Assembly (NCBI GenBank): GCA_021432655.1
Contig: MU271233.1
Location: 110,547 to 130,546 of the forward strand
Direction of reading: 5' to 3'
DNA from: Atractiella rhizophila
Taxonomy: Eukaryota
Length of the DNA: 20,000 nt
Shown here: one piece after another, positions 19,611-20,000 of the stretch
Layout: every line of letters begins with the position of its first letter
Numbering within the stretch: the first letter of the stretch is position 1
Translations under genes and position numbers: made by a program
Notes under the pieces: generated by a model
Told to the model about the DNA's origin: nothing
What the model saw: only the letters and a program-made list of their open reading frames with translations
Database searches by the model: none

Positions 19611-20000
19611 GGATGGAGATGTGGAATGCGTAGGAACGAGCTGGCTGTCTTGTCGCGTCATTCACTCTTCGTCGAAAATGGTAGAACGTGCCAATGTGGA
19701 AGCATGATGGATTATCTCTCCGGTCAGATGTGGTCACTTGCTGAGACCGTCATACAACAATTATTCATTGTACCCTGATGCGAATCCATACTCGTTCTTC
19801 TCGTTTACTGGTCTCCGGCGTGGATTGCAGTTCGTCCTCGCTGCTTCCTTTAAACCCCGAGAGGTTTTGTTGATGGGCATTAGGATCAACGTTTGTTAAA
19901 AATCATGGTACAAACCGCCACAAGCGATGGCTCAGGGCACAGCCAAAAACGACAGTCTTATCTTTCTATCAACTTGACAGCATTACGCCGCTTTTGGGTG

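Overview
Eukaryotic, intron-rich fungal DNA, most likely a basidiomycete (many 40-70 nt GT-AG introns, microexons), with one 93-N scaffold gap. The ORF track is therefore fragmentary, and I rebuilt the genes by hand from splice signals. Five genes are reasonably supported: (1) a 3-exon membrane-anchored helical protein of unknown function (1586-2763, -); (2) a Ser/Pro-rich disordered protein (5211-6417, +); (3) a 14-exon GaaA/Gar2-type D-galacturonate reductase (6779-8682, -); (4) a two-finger C2H2/C2HC zinc-finger transcription factor (9645-10907, -) with a probable 5'UTR intron; (5) an ALKBH2/3-type AlkB dioxygenase (17091-18367, +) with two large charged insertions and two upstream MCB boxes. 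Between them are several 'ghost' segments with plausible introns but broken or unrecognisable reading frames (588-1212, 2777-3520, 14376-15084, 18660-19610), plus short tandem duplications, an inverted repeat and a regulatory motif cluster. I found no RNA gene, CRISPR array or recognisable transposon. I cannot support a clearly novel multi-gene system. The best leads are the insertion-bearing AlkB, the orphan membrane protein and the recurring spliced-but-broken segments.
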